From: Botryllus schlosseri
Lineage: Eukaryota
Length of the DNA: 64,000 nt
NCBI GenBank assembly: GCA_051294905.1
Contig: CM119372.1
Location: 21,330,001-21,394,000 of the forward strand
Reading direction: 5' to 3'
This document shows, one piece after another, positions 14,493 to 27,764 of this stretch. The position numbers and the translations under genes are program-made. Within the stretch, counting starts at the first letter, position 1; each line of letters begins with the position of its first letter. The notes under the pieces were generated by a model. That model had not been told where the DNA came from. It worked only from the letters and a program-made list of their open reading frames with translations, and ran no database searches.

Positions 14493-15987
14493 AACTAGTA
14501 ATAGAAGATACGGGTCGAAATAACTAGCTGCTAAAGTCACAGACGAAAAATGTGAAACTTGGAAATACATCGAATCACCTGCTAATCATATCAGGGGTGG
14601 CCAATCTGCGGCCGTAGAAGGAAAACTGTGCAGTATCTTCATGTAATTCACTTAGTATGTGTTGGCGGCCGTCAACATGCAATTTACATTTACGAATTGT
14701 GGCATTATGTGGCCCGAGTCGTCGCTATGTATCGTGTGCATTAATATATATCACTTAACTGAAATGTAGGGTCGGAATTAGCATTATGACGTCACGTCAC
14801 GTCATGAGGTTCACGTTCGCGTTCACACAGAACCTTTCAAAAATGTTCGCGTTCACACGAACCCGATCCTTTCAGAGGTTCGCACCATCCCTATTAAATT
14901 CATCTTTTTCATAGCAGTATTCACAACGTCATGCTCACGTTCGTGGTTGTCGTGCAAACCGCGATATTTCAGAGGTTCGCGTTCACAAACGAACCTTGTA
15001 AGGTTCTACACCAGAGGTCTCAAACTCATATGTGCCAATTTCCTAGTTGTTAGAGCCGCGGGCCGCAGGATCAATAATCGGGATATTCAATGTAAAATTT
15101 CCAAGATGGCCTTATTTGATGGGACCTTGCAGAAAGGCATTCCACAAACAACGTGGAAATGAAATTTAATAAAGTATTATTCACGCTGGACACGGAAAAA
15201 ATCACATTTTCAAATATTTTAATGAAATTGATTTTGTGCCGGGCATAATTTTTTAATCAAGACATCGTCAAAATCTCGGGTTGTAATATTGCAGCTTGTG
15301 CTTCCAATGAGATTTCTCGTAGCCCCTGGCCATTTTCAACACAATTTCTGATGGTACCTATATTAAAACCAGAAAGCCCATTCACATAAAATCGCGCGTA
15401 TCGCGAGGACCATTTTCCAGTTGAATAAATTGGTCAAGAAAATAATCCACAGCATATAGGCCTAATTCCACAATGCATCTCGTACACTCTGATGTGGTGC
15501 TTCGTAACCCGATGGGGTATACGGACCCTGGTTATAAGAGCCGCTGGAATAGAAATGTCCGATTGGCGAAGAATTCATTTGTGTTACAGCTGTAGAACGT
15601 ACTGCTACCTTACTCGCCACCGATAATAACACGGATAAAGAGAACAAACAACACCCAGCATGTAACCAACCATACGACACGGTTCACGGAGGTCACAGAA
15701 TGCCAATGATAGCCATACTGACCTGAATAGACAGCTATGTACACTATGCAGCGCAAGCTACGACCTTCTGATAAATTACTCTATTTCCCATTACAGTTTC
15801 ATAGATTGTTGCGTCCGTAGGATAACCAAGTCACCGTTCTGAGTCGCAAGTCCTCTTATTTAAACGTTTGACCCGACTCAACTCGAGTCATTTTTATTTA
15901 ATCACCCAGTCAATCCGAAATCGAATAATTTTACAAGAAGGTCGCACCAAACCAAATCACAATTTTCAGTCGCGAATCATCAATGGG

Positions 15988-16245
15988 CAGAGGTGGTCAG
16001 TAACGAAGTACTTGTACGTTTTGAATTACTTGAAGTAGATTTTGCCTACTCACACTGCTTTTTAAGTAGTTATGATTTGAGGCTACTTCTACTTCTACCT
16101 GACAGTTTTCAGTGTTGTAGGCAAAAATAAGCGTAGAATACCTACTTACTTGTAAACCACCGCTCCTACTTCTACTTGAGTAGAAATTTCGGCATTACTT
16201 CTACTTCTACTTGAGTAGCGATGGTGACTAATTTGACCACCTCTG
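15988..16245 (+). mobile_element. MITE family A, short derivative
   Basis: Both TIRs present; TSD TCAATGGG/TCAACGGG. Confidence 0.85.
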
Positions 16246-16569
16246 TCAACGGGTCATGTTTTATCATCATGAAATAGGAATGTGACGTAATAGCTGATCT
16301 TCTACCGCATGGTAGCTTTTGAAAGGGATGTGATGGTGAAGTTTGTTGAGATTTCAGTGATTTTTATACTATAGTTTCAAGATGAACTTCAAGTTCTTAT
16401 ATCTAAAAAGATATATGGCACTTGAATATATTGTTGAATACTTGAAATTACAAAATGCCGTTGCGGGCTGCACAAAATGACCATGACCAAGAAAAAACTA
16501 ACTAGCATTAGCCTAACATTTTATGGCATGCCTACGTCATCGTTGAGTGCTCGGCCCGTTGGTCTAAAA

Positions 16570-17285
16570 CAGTGGTTCTCAACCTTTTTTGACACGCGCC
16601 CCCCTTGGAGATGGTCAAAACAATCGCGCGCCCCCTGACCCCCCCCCTTGCATTTATCGTCATGTCAAAAAGAGCACATCATCTAATACAAAATAACAAA
16701 GAAAACATTGAACAGGACATCCATTAATTAATTTCAAGGTAGGTCACTACAATGATATATCATGTATATATATCATTGGTCCCCCTGAGACTAATCCTGA
16801 TGCTGGTAGTGAGTACAGAGAGCAAGGCGTCGTTCTATCCTGCCAGGCTAAATTTGATCAGTTTTGGAAATTAATTAAACTATGTTGATTTATAGCCTAA
16901 TTGAGGGCGAAACCGGGGAACCTATGTTGCATCTTAGTATAGTAAGCAGTGCAGTTCGCAAGCTACTAACAAGAGCTTCCCAGCGCGACAAGCTTTAGGC
17001 TACTGTCAAAGCTATGAAGCAGCGAATGATTTACACGTGGAAATTGCTCTCTATATCTCCAAAGAATTTCAAAATTTTGCTCAAATGAAGTTGAAATCAG
17101 ACTATACTCCGTTAAGCGCGGTTGCTAGTGTTTGTATTTTGCATGCTTAGTTGCTTACTTGAATATGGAATAAATTTCATCTTCAATAATCGTCTTCTCA
17201 TAATGGATGTGAAACACATGTTCAGACACGTACAATTTATACTGACTTTGTCAATTTCTCGCGCCCCCCAGGTTGAGAACCGCTG
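16570..17285 (+). mobile_element. Buster-type hAT MITE (TIR CAG[T/C]GGTTCTCAACC)
   Basis: Perfect TSD GTCTAAAA; uninterrupted counterpart of 40518-42015. Confidence 0.9.
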
Positions 17286-19148
17286 GTCTAAAATGAAATA
17301 ATGAGTTTTACCCGCGCACTGAGTAAGGTTATTCATTATTGATGAAACTACAAATGACAGTTAAGTTCCGCGCTGCCAAATTGTTCTTGGGCTGAAAATA
17401 TTCCTTGAAAATCCCTACAATATTGGCCGCGGGGAAGTGGCCTTTGGAGGGAGAGAACTAACCCTGAATTTCAATAACATTTACCGACAAGTTCTTATAA
17501 AATAATGATAGGCCATTTCGCTCCAGTCATACCGTCGTGAGTGACATCTTTCGAATGACACCAAGCGCACTCTGATTACTGAAGGAGGACTAGTACTCAG
17601 GCAATATCTTTTACAGACAGGTAAATTAGGTTTACAATATTTTTGTGGCTCAAATCCCGGACACTCTTTAGCGCCTACTAGCAGGGTTTACGATGAGGTA
17701 CGAATACATTGTCAGTCTGTATGACGTCACACTAGTAAAGCTTTGCCTATCTACTGTATACTAGTATACAGGAGTGGAGAGGACCATAGGTTATAAATTG
17801 AGCCATCTCTATAGTGAGCTCTGGTGTTTGCTTGGTTCTGCAACAGATTTCTTCACGGACAAGATGAAATCGTCTGGTGGACCTTATCCGGTCCGCCGAT
17901 CGTGTGTTTGACAGCCGTGATATATTGTTAGGTCGGTGCTGTTATCTGCTTGTGTGTTGTAACCAGGTGCGAAACAAAAATTTTTCCATCCCCCTTCCGC
18001 CCAAAACTCCACTGACCTTGAGCCCATCATCGATGCAGCTTACTGCACGAATTTGGTTGTGAAATTTTGTGAATTAATTCTGTCAATAATATTGGTTCTT
18101 CCATATATTAATATAAAAAGCACCGGAAGGTTGCACATCCGGGGATTTCCAAATTGTTATGGTCGCGACCTCATTTCCAAATTGAAAATGTTCCGTGGTC
18201 CAGCTCAAAAATTGATAGGCTGATTACTAACAAAGGTCAGCATGCTCAGGATCACTCGCGGCCTATTTTGGAAGCTGATAATGTTCAACATCTTCGCGAT
18301 CCCCAGGCTAAAGGCAAACGACCCCCATGTTTAGAACAACTGTCTTTGACTAAACACTAAGCATCCAAACGGCCTTAACCAACTCAATGAATATACCGTT
18401 ATCTTAAAATTGCGATTACAATTATAGGCTTATTTCAGTAAACGATGGTTATTTTTATTAATTTTGATTGCATTTTCTGCGAGGGCGGTGCGCGGTGCAC
18501 TAAATGAAAATTTCAAATATCATATATTTGCTTTGAAATACTATTGTTTATGTCCATTTACGAAAAATATTTGAGCCTACTTCAAGCCTTCAAAATTCCA
18601 GACATTTCGGCATATTTTAAATTTCCTCCCGGACGCAGTTTTTACAGTTGAATTTTGGACATGTCCGGGAAATTCCGGACGTATGGCAAGAGCAACCCTA
18701 ATAGGGTTAACATATTTAGGAGATCTGAAAAGACGACACTCTTTAAAATTTACAGACTTGCAAAACCGGAGGAACATCCTGTAAAAATGGTACATTTTTC
18801 CCACTTCGTGGTCGGTTGACTAAAACAAATAAATCAACTTTCCGGCCCAGCTCCCAAAATACCCGCCGGAGCGTTACTTCAGTGCTGATTTACTGTATGT
18901 AAGTATATTCTGCCATATATTTAACCAAAATTATCGAAAAAGAGGGCATTTGGGCGTCCTCCGAGGACACTTTCGAAAAAAGTTTTAAAAAAGAGGACAA
19001 ATCCTCTTAAAGGAGGACGTATGGTAACCCTGCCATACAACATCCGACACATATAAGTTAGTCCGAATCGGGATTCGAGCCTCTGCCATTGGTGTCGTGA
19101 CGCTGGTGCTTAATCAACTGCACCACTTGCTTTCCCACAACTACGCAC

Positions 19149-19658
19149 TAGGGCTGGGCACAATGATTCGAGTGCTCGAATCTGAATCGAGTATCAATTT
19201 TTATGATTCGAGACGAGTAGAAAATACGATTTTTTCGAGTACTGATATTATACGCTCCTCGTCAATGAACGTTAATTTATTAACGAGGATTATAGTTTCC
19301 ATACCATTATCCACTGCAGAAGCCTTGACACCTTGATTAGTCGTGTCGCAGCATGCGAAACATATAGTTCAAAGCTACGAACGTTGCTGGAAATGATACA
19401 TTTCTGAATTACTGATCATCCCTCAACATTGTCACAAAGTTCAATGAAGTCGGTACGGTCGAAAAATTACCAAAGTATCTTTAAAATAATCGATAACAGA
19501 CATTATATTCTGGTGGTGTCATAAAAGGTACATATTTTAACTTTGACATATTGCATTCTGTTATGACATCATAATGAGTGATACTCGAATACTCGACTCC
19601 ACGCAAAATATGGGATTCAGAATCGAATCAGTCAGGTATTCGATTTTGCCCAGCCCTA
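19149..19658 (+). mobile_element. MITE family F (TIR TAGGGCTGGGCA, TCGAAT repeats)
   Basis: TIRs at both ends; related copies at ~4150-4435 (-), 27732-~29100 and 61890-~62270 (-). Confidence 0.75.
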
Positions 19659-19694
19659 TAGACACGTACTAGCTCAGCAAAGCTCTGCTATATA

Positions 19695-20998
19695 CAGAGG
19701 TGGTCAAAGTAGTCAAGAAAGCTACTCAAGTAGAAGTGAAAGTAGCGACGAAAAAATCTACTCAAGTACGAGTGGAAGTACTTCTTCAACAAGCTGCCTA
19801 AAACTACTTGAAGTAGAAGTAGAATTGACTGGCTTTAAATCTACTCAAGTAAGTAAGTAGTTTTGAAAACAGTCGTAATTCGTTCGCATGGACTGTCAAA
19901 AGCTGCGAATTGAGCTATGCGGAAGGTGCAGAGAGCTTGATTCGTATTGATGCATCCCAGTAGGTATCAATTTTTGACAGAATAAGCATTCTTTCACATC
20001 ATTGGATGCAAATTTTAGTATTGATATGAAAATGCGATACTAACCCTTTATTTACTAGAAGGCCCCGTTTTAGAGAATATCATGGCATGAAGCCCTACCC
20101 CATATTATAAGGCCCCAAGTTTAGGCGAAGAGCAATACGTAGATATTGTATCGAATACGGTTTCATCACTTTGCGCGACGTTAATAACAAATATTGTGGA
20201 TCGTAACAGTTATAATTAGTGCAGCTTTGTTTTCGGAAAATAGAGACATTACTCGCATTTATGCTTCAGCATGTATGTTCTGCAGACAAAAGAACTGAAA
20301 GTAATTGGAACTCAAAGTATGGTACTCGCAATTGAAAGTGAAATACAAATACCACTTCTAAGAAGCGGAAAAAATATTTCATGTCTTTTGTCCATAAAGC
20401 TTCAAAGATGATCTGCTAAAACAGGCGTAACGTTCAAAAAGGCTGGATTTTCCAGATTAGCAAGACACGTAATGGGCTGCTAGATTACGATATGATAGGT
20501 AATTGCTAGATCGCAAAACGGTAGTTTCAAACGTTATGGTGGGCCATATTTACTGTGATGAAATATTTGATTTGGGCGACAATGCGGTGTGAGCGGAACC
20601 AAGCAATCCGGTACCGGGGCCTACCATAAGTTATCGTAGGACCCGCCGGTACCTAAATCATATTCACGGATACTTTCGTGAATACATTTCTGTCACTCCA
20701 TAACTACTGTTCGCAAAGCGCAACAATATTTCTGGGCTTTACTTGACTTTTATGAATAATTGATGTTGGTACTCCGTTCAAAAAGCCCCGAAATTCCGCA
20801 GGCTATCTTTCGTATTGCGAGAATAAACTACTTCTACTTGACAAACTGAAAATAGCGAAAAGTAAGTAGATCACAAAATATTACGAATCGGAAGTAGAAG
20901 TAGAGAAAATCAGATCTACTTGAGTAAATACCAGAAGTAGAGGAAAACTACTTGAGTACTTCCATAAAGTAGAAGTACTTCGTTACTGACCCCCTCTT
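19695..20998 (-). mobile_element. MITE family A, full length
   Basis: TIRs present; TSD GCTATATA/GGTATATA. Confidence 0.9.
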
Positions 20999-21333
20999 GG
21001 TATATATAATGCAGCGATAAATGGTATTTATGCTACTTACCTTCAATATGAACCGCATTGACTTTCTCGAAAAGAACTTTTCATTATTGCATTTGATATC
21101 ACATTTTCCGCAACGGATGTGATCCGGCGATGAGCAATGCCAAGTCGATGGTCATCAATTTTGATAAAAAATATTGCTACAGCATTTGGTTGCTTTTTGA
21201 GCAGGTTCGAAGTGAATAAATAATAATCTTTACAACGTTCCTTTTTGTGCATGCGATTTTCCAAATTTCTAAGGGGCGCATACCAAGTAGGACCACGAAC
21301 TTTGGTTTCGCACAGTCCGTACATGTAACCGAC

Positions 21334-21493
21334 CTGGATAGATCGCCATTTCTTGCTGCCACCGTGGCGAGACGCGCAGTTGAGTCCATACTTGAGCAGG
21401 AGGACGTTGCAGCGGCGTATGATGTTTTGGTGCTCAAGTATCTGTATTCATATCCATTCGTATGACGATACCATCCATCACTAGTGAACCCAA
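21334..21493 (-). CDS. Exon encoding N-terminal half of C-type lectin domain
   Basis: gtgtttttttttcAG|...|GTCGGT; phase 1 in, phase 2 out; (V)GFTSDGWYRHTNGYEYRYLSTKTSYAAATSSCSSMDSTARLATVAARNGDLS, with the CTL pattern Y..A...C......LA. Confidence 0.85.
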
Positions 21494-21679
21494 CTGAAAA
21501 AAAAACACAATAACGCTTAAGCAACAATTTACACCTAGCTGATATTAACGGAATGAATACATTTCAGTTCATGCAGTATATGTAAAATGTAACATTATAT
21601 ACACGGGCCTCACGTCAGCTGAAAATTTCCAACTGATTAACTAATGTGTCCAAGAATACGTCTCACCAAACATACTTAC

Positions 21680-21736
21680 CAGATTCGTGGCCCAGTTTAC
21701 CATCAAAGGCTTCGTCGAACAGTTAAGAAAGTAAGT
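21680..21736 (-). other. Candidate 57-nt phase 1-1 exon with in-frame TAA (DLLS*LFDEAFDGKLGHES)
   Basis: atcttgttAG|...|GTAAGT consensus donor, 186 nt upstream of the first CTL exon. Confidence 0.45.
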
Positions 21737-21907
21737 CTAACAAGATTTATATATTTGGAAATAACTCGACCAGTGCTTTGCTTTTCAACCTTTTTGAGCT
21801 CCATTCCCACTTTTTTTTAAATTTCATTCGCACCAGCTCGCTGGAATTTATTACACAAAAATAAAACGGAGAAAGTTATAACATTTGTTTTTGACGAGCT
21901 TCTAGGA

Positions 21908-22163
21908 CAGTGGTTCTCAACCTGGAGGGGGGAGCACGCGAAGAAGCGGTCAACTGAAAATAATGTTCGCGTGTTTCTCTAAAAATAGACCGAATTTCAT
22001 ATTTTTGAATTCTCTCATCAACAGTCATAACCTTCCATGCCATCAAACAATCTGTTCGGGTTGCTAGCATCCCGGTTGGATTTTGCGATGTGACGAGAAG
22101 GGGGGCGCGAAGTTTTTCGTATCATAAAGGGGGGCATGTCTAAGAAAAGGTTGAGAACCACTG
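21908..22163 (+). mobile_element. Short Buster-type hAT MITE
   Basis: TIR CAGTGGTTCTCAACC; perfect TSD TTCTAGGA. Confidence 0.9.
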
Positions 22164-22500
22164 TTCTAGGAGGTACTGAACTTCATTATTTTATATTCAG
22201 CGTATCGTATTCTTTATTGATCAAGTACTCAAATCACTGCAGTAGAAAATTCACAGATATCGCACTCCCGTTGTTCTCAATATGTTCGTTGCTTTTTGCG
22301 GGTGTATCGTGCAGTGATTTCCTTCGAAGCTTAAAGGGCGAAGCCAAGAACAATATTCACTCGATACAATATCATTTTTCCACTAAAAATCGACATGTTG
22401 CGTTCTCGCGATATGAATGTGTTCGCATTTCGAACGTAGCCTACAATAGAATGAAACTGCACTTGAATCGTAGCATCAATGTTGCGAATAGGATCTGTGG

Positions 22501-23807
22501 CAGAGGTGGTCAGTAACGAAGTACTTCTACTTTTTCAAAGTACTCAAGTAGTTTTCCCCTACTTGTGGTACTTACTCACGTAGATCTGATTTTCGCTACT
22601 TCTACTTCGTAATATTTTGTGATCTACTTACTTACTTTTCGCTATTTTCAGTTTGTCAAGTAGAAGTAGTTCAATCTTCCAATCAGGAAGATAGCCTGAG
22701 GAACTTCGGGGCTGTTTTCACGGAGTATCAACATTAAATTTTCATAAAAGTTGGGTAAAGCCCAAAATTTTCGTCGCGTTTCGCGCGCAGGGGATAGGGG
22801 CTATCAGTATGATTTCACGATTGTATCGATGAATATAATTTAGGTAGCGGGTTGGCGTGGTTCCTTTCACACCACATTGTCACCCTTCGCACATAGGAAA
22901 TAATTCATCACAGTATATATGGCTCATCCTAACGTTTGAATCTGATGTTTCGCAATTCAGCATTTACTTGTCATATCGTAATCTAGCAGTCCATGGCGTG
23001 TCCTAACCTGGAAAAGTGGCGAAAAGTGGACTCTGACATTTTTTTGTTCGTTTTAGAGGTGTTTAAGCATACCACCTTTGAAGCTATATGGACTGAAGGC
23101 ATGAAATACATGTTCCGCTTTTATAAGTAGTATTTATGTTTCACTTTCAATTACTAGTATCATGTACTTTGAGTTATAAATGATATCAGTTCTTATGCCT
23201 GGATAACATACAATACATGTTGGAGTATAAAAGCAAGTGTAGTAATGCCTTTAATTTCCAGAATTAAAGCTACTAAATATGGCATTTTTTCGGTCCACCA
23301 TATTTTTTAGTAACGTTTACTAATCGCGCAAAGTGTTTACACCGTATACTATACAACTTCTCCGTATTGCTCTTTGACTGAACTATGGCCTTATAATATG
23401 GGGGATGGCGCCATACCATGCTATTTTATAAAACGTGCTGTTCGAGAAAACAAAGGATTGGTATCGCATTTCCATATCAATACTATCATTTTCATCCCAT
23501 GATGTGGACCAATGCTTATCTATCGAAGATTGGATATCTGCTGGTATGCATCAATATGAATCAAGCTCGTCACCTTTCGCATAGTTCAATTTACACCTTT
23601 CCACAATCCATGTGAACGATGAATTAGGATCGTTTTCACAACAAACTACTTACTTGAGTACTTTTAAAGTCAGTCAATTCTACTTCTACTTCAAGTAATT
23701 TTTGGTTGCTTATGGAGGAATTACTTCTACTCGTACTTGAGCAGATATTTTATTCGCTACTTCTACTTCTACTTGAGTGGCTTTCTTGACTACTTTGACC
23801 CCCTCTG
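22501..23807 (+). mobile_element. MITE family A, full length
   Basis: TIRs present; TSD ATCTGTGG/ATCTTTGG. Confidence 0.9.
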
Positions 23808-24301
23808 ATCTTTGGTTCGTTTTCTGACAACATTCGAAAAGATGCTTCACCGTACAGAGGCATTTAAGCCGATGGGATGGTACGGTGGGCGTTAAAAACA
23901 GGAATGCATTGCTATGCAAACCCACCCAATCCGAGTAATACATAATGGTTATTTATGGATAGGCTTTGGGCTTCATTCACTTCTTATCTATGCAATACAC
24001 AAATCAACAAATCTTTCAAAAACAACCTGCAGTATCCTCGTGGGTTGCAAAGCCAACACTTGCATCTTCTTGAATAATTATTACTTACATACACAAGATT
24101 CATGATCAACACACAGTTATATCGGCCAGGATTGCCAACTGCGGGATGGCTCTTAGGGCAATCGCACAATATTGACAAACTGACTGACAGGATATGTATG
24201 ATTTGGAAAGAAGATACTAATGGTGGTGGACCTGCATCATGATTGAGGATTATTTGCGTTCCATCATACCAGCAGATTTCTCAGTTCATGGACCCAAATC
24301 A

Positions 24302-24876
24302 TGCAAACAAAACCACTTCGGAAATATTTTGAAGTGTTTCCATCATTTTATAATCTCGCCAACATTTGTGCATATTCCTTCTTTTTGTTAGTGTGTTTGT
24401 AAGTCCAATAAGGAATTATGCGGATTATTACAGGGTAATTTTGAGTAAAACGAGAAATCAGAAAAGGTGACATTTCTCAAAGACTAGGGACACTTCAGAA
24501 TTTTTTTTGTCTACCAGTGATTGGTTTGAAACGGAAAAACACAATACCTAAAAATTTTTACTCCACTAAAACTTTGCAAAATTTTGTTACATGGTGATAT
24601 TTTTCGTCCATAAAAAGAGAAGATTTCTCATTTCACAGATGTAAGTCACGAAAACAAAACCACTTCTAACCATTTTAAAAGTATTGCATTGTTACTGGAT
24701 GTATGACTATGAGTAAGCTATATTTGTTCGTATTATTCTTCTCATTAGCGTTTTCCTACGTCAAATAAATAATTATTGTGATTAATACGGAGAAATAATG
24801 AGTAAAATAAAAACACAATAAATAAAAATTTTAGGCAAACTAAAACTTTTGAAAATTTTTGTTACATGGTGATATT
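24302..24876. repeat. Diverged local tandem duplication
   Basis: aaacaaaaccacttc at ~24305 and ~24653; actaaaacttt...ttttgttacatggtgatatt at ~24565 and ~24839. Confidence 0.7.
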
Positions 24877-25213
24877 GCAAAGTTTGTAGTAGGCTACAAA
24901 CGAAGGCGGTACGAATACGAAGTGGGCAAATTTTTCCTATGGATCAGCAAGTCTAGTGGCCTACCTAATTAATGAAATATATGCCTATGCCTCAACGATC
25001 TAGACTCGGCGTGAGATCATCAGTCCAAGAACAAGAAAGCGTGTCTAAACCTTAATGGTGTAGTTTTCATTACCAGCAGGCTATTCCAATGGTCAGTAGG
25101 AGTATATAAACTGCCCAGTAATCCGATGTAATGCAAGATACAGATTCATCGGACATAAGACATCAATGTGCTTACTCTAATTTTATTTTTAACAACCTCT
25201 AATACTTGATTAG

Positions 25214-26068
25214 TAGGGCGTTTTTTTTGACATGTCAAAATTTGTCAAAATTTCGTCAAAATTGTAGCGTTAGGTCAAAATTTGTCAAAATTTTTCATGA
25301 AGTCAAAAAATGTTTAACGTCTGCATTTTGTTTGTATCGTAGATTTTGCACTGTCGGTGAACTTATAATTTGATATTTTACCGCTGTTAGCCTATTTTAT
25401 AGGCCTACCGTTGTAAGCGGCTAATCGTCTGCTAATCGTGAATCATAAACGGCTAAATAAAACAAATAATAGGTAGGCATGGTTTTATGGTCAACGTACC
25501 GCAATATCCTAACTGAAGAAAGACTTCTTGTGCATTGCATCATTCTTATATTAAGAAGCCCATGATGAAAATTTGTGATGTAGAGAACATTGTCAGAGTG
25601 AAGCAACCCGGTGTGTCACCAGCACCAGCAGTGTACGCACAACTTGAGTGTTGTCAGCCAACAACTGCTGCTGTTGAACGTCCTTGGCAAGCTTCTTAGT
25701 AAGGACGTGCACTTTCTACCCAAGAATGTAGGAAAGTATCTTTGGTTGTACTACAAAATATTTTAATATTTTCTGCCATAATACATATTGTAACCACTGT
25801 AATTCTTCATAGGGCCAGATTTCGTTAAAATATTGTTTTTTTTTCATGTAAAAAGTTGCCTGTTTCTAAGCCAAAAATGCTTTTTAAGGCCAAACTACTT
25901 CGTTAGGACAGTCAGATCCAACCAGAAATGAAGATAAGTGGTACAATTTTAACATTATGTGGAAAAACACCTAATTTGCATACGTTAGGTCAAAATTTCG
26001 TCAAAATTCATTTTTTTAGGTCAAAAAAAGTCAAAATTTGGATTTTCAGGTATAAAAAAACCGCCCTA
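25214..26068 (-). mobile_element. MITE family B (TIR TAGGGCG, GTCAAAA subterminal repeats)
   Basis: Perfect TSD TTGATTAG; inverted copy of 31469-32349. Confidence 0.92.
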
Positions 26069-26237
26069 TTGATTAGATACACGAGTAAGCAACACCCGTA
26101 ACAAATCTTATTCGCTAATTGTTATAGTTGAAGAAAGTCGTAAGTGCAAACGTGATAAACACCAAATTCTGGTGCCAACCAACATGAAGAGCATATGTGC
26201 CATAATTCCAATACTTTGCATTCAAACACGCCAAATG

Positions 26238-27236
26238 CAGGGCCTAAATAGCATTTCGTCAGCCCCCCAAAAAAGTGTTGGTCTTGGGCCCCAATAGGGT
26301 GATGAACCGAACCTCTGGGGGCTTAGCCCCTCCAGACCCCCCTCAGGTTGTTCGTTTTCGCCGCAACTCAGAGATTTGTTGTACTGTTCAGTGAGTCGTC
26401 TTATTTCGTCGCGTGAATTGTCGCGTGTATATTGCTATAAATTTTTTATCCCTTCTGCTCATGTAATCAGATTTACCGGTAGAGTTGAGGGAGGTGTCTT
26501 GGCAACTGTAGGGTCCGTAACTAATAATTAAACATATTCGGGCCAGCGGACCGGTGGTATAATGACTTCGTTAGGTGATGTTATTTCGTGACCTTCTTTC
26601 TACTTTGTCAAACAATATTGACATCGCCCATACGTACTAAATCAAACGACGCTCATGATTTCAAATTGGTGATTTCTTCACAGGCAAATTGTTTTTCCAT
26701 GCATGATGACATTTGTCTTGTGGAATTCAGATTTGCAGGACAGGAACATTCGACGCCAGCCATTTAGTCGCGAAGGTCTTCTCGCTTCGATCGTTCTGGC
26801 ACACTTCTGACAGTGGTATGTTATTAGGGTTACCATATTTTGGAATGGGGAAGGGAGGACACTTTTTCAAAATTATGAGACTTCCAATAGTGGAGTAAAA
26901 TCCGGAAAAATGGTAAATTTATCACGAAATTGTGGTTCGACGTATGGTAACCCTAATGTTACATGGCCTTAAACTTTATATGTTTCGGTGCGTCGTGACG
27001 CAGTAATAACCGACGTCGAAATGCCCATTTCTATAAATCATGCTCATATTTTCTTAGGAGAATAGCACCCAATAATCAAGATATTTGTCTACCTTAATTC
27101 GCACACAGCGCGAAAAAATTTGAAAAAGTTTCCTAAATTAAAAAAACTATAATTTATGCTAATTCACAAAATGCACGACCCTATTCGAGCTCCGACCCCC
27201 ATTTGAGGGGGTTGGGGTGCGGCAGGTGCGGTCCTG
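26238..27236 (-). mobile_element. MITE family C, with a short family D element at 26825-26955
   Basis: Degenerate TIRs; TSD GCCAAATG/ACCAAATG. Confidence 0.75.
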
Positions 27237-27764
27237 ACCAAATGCCAACACTGGCATCGGCTGCTATTACGTAAAAGGTCCGCACACGGTGGATGTTTCC
27301 GAGCAACTCATACCGATTCCAATATTTCTTTTTTTCTAGGCAGTGACACAATCCTCTTGCGCAGAAAAACTATATTTCAAACTTTGCAGTATAAACGCCT
27401 CAGGAACGCTCCTCACTTGTGAACTAGAAAATCACAGATACCAAGAATTGCGTCCAAACGACAAAAGTTACGGGCTCACTGTATTTAATATGCTATTAGG
27501 TTTATTGGAAAAAATGAGAAATTGACAATGTTCAGTCGCATCCGAATTTTCATTGGCTTCATTCGCACCACGCTTGTCCTTTACCACGATTTTTTTTTCA
27601 TTCGCACAAGTGCGAACCGTCACACAGGTTGAAAAGCACTGAACTGCATCTATGTTTACAATTATTCAATGAAGAAGTCTTTACATCTAAATGATAAGCT
27701 AGCACTCACAAAATTGAATATCGATCAATATTAGGGCTGGAAACAATGGTTCTAGTGCTCGAAT

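Noticed and set aside
23984..24178. Cys-rich 64-aa ORF (RRCKCWLC)
   Set aside because: No coherent domain or convincing exon structure; possibly decayed transposon sequence.
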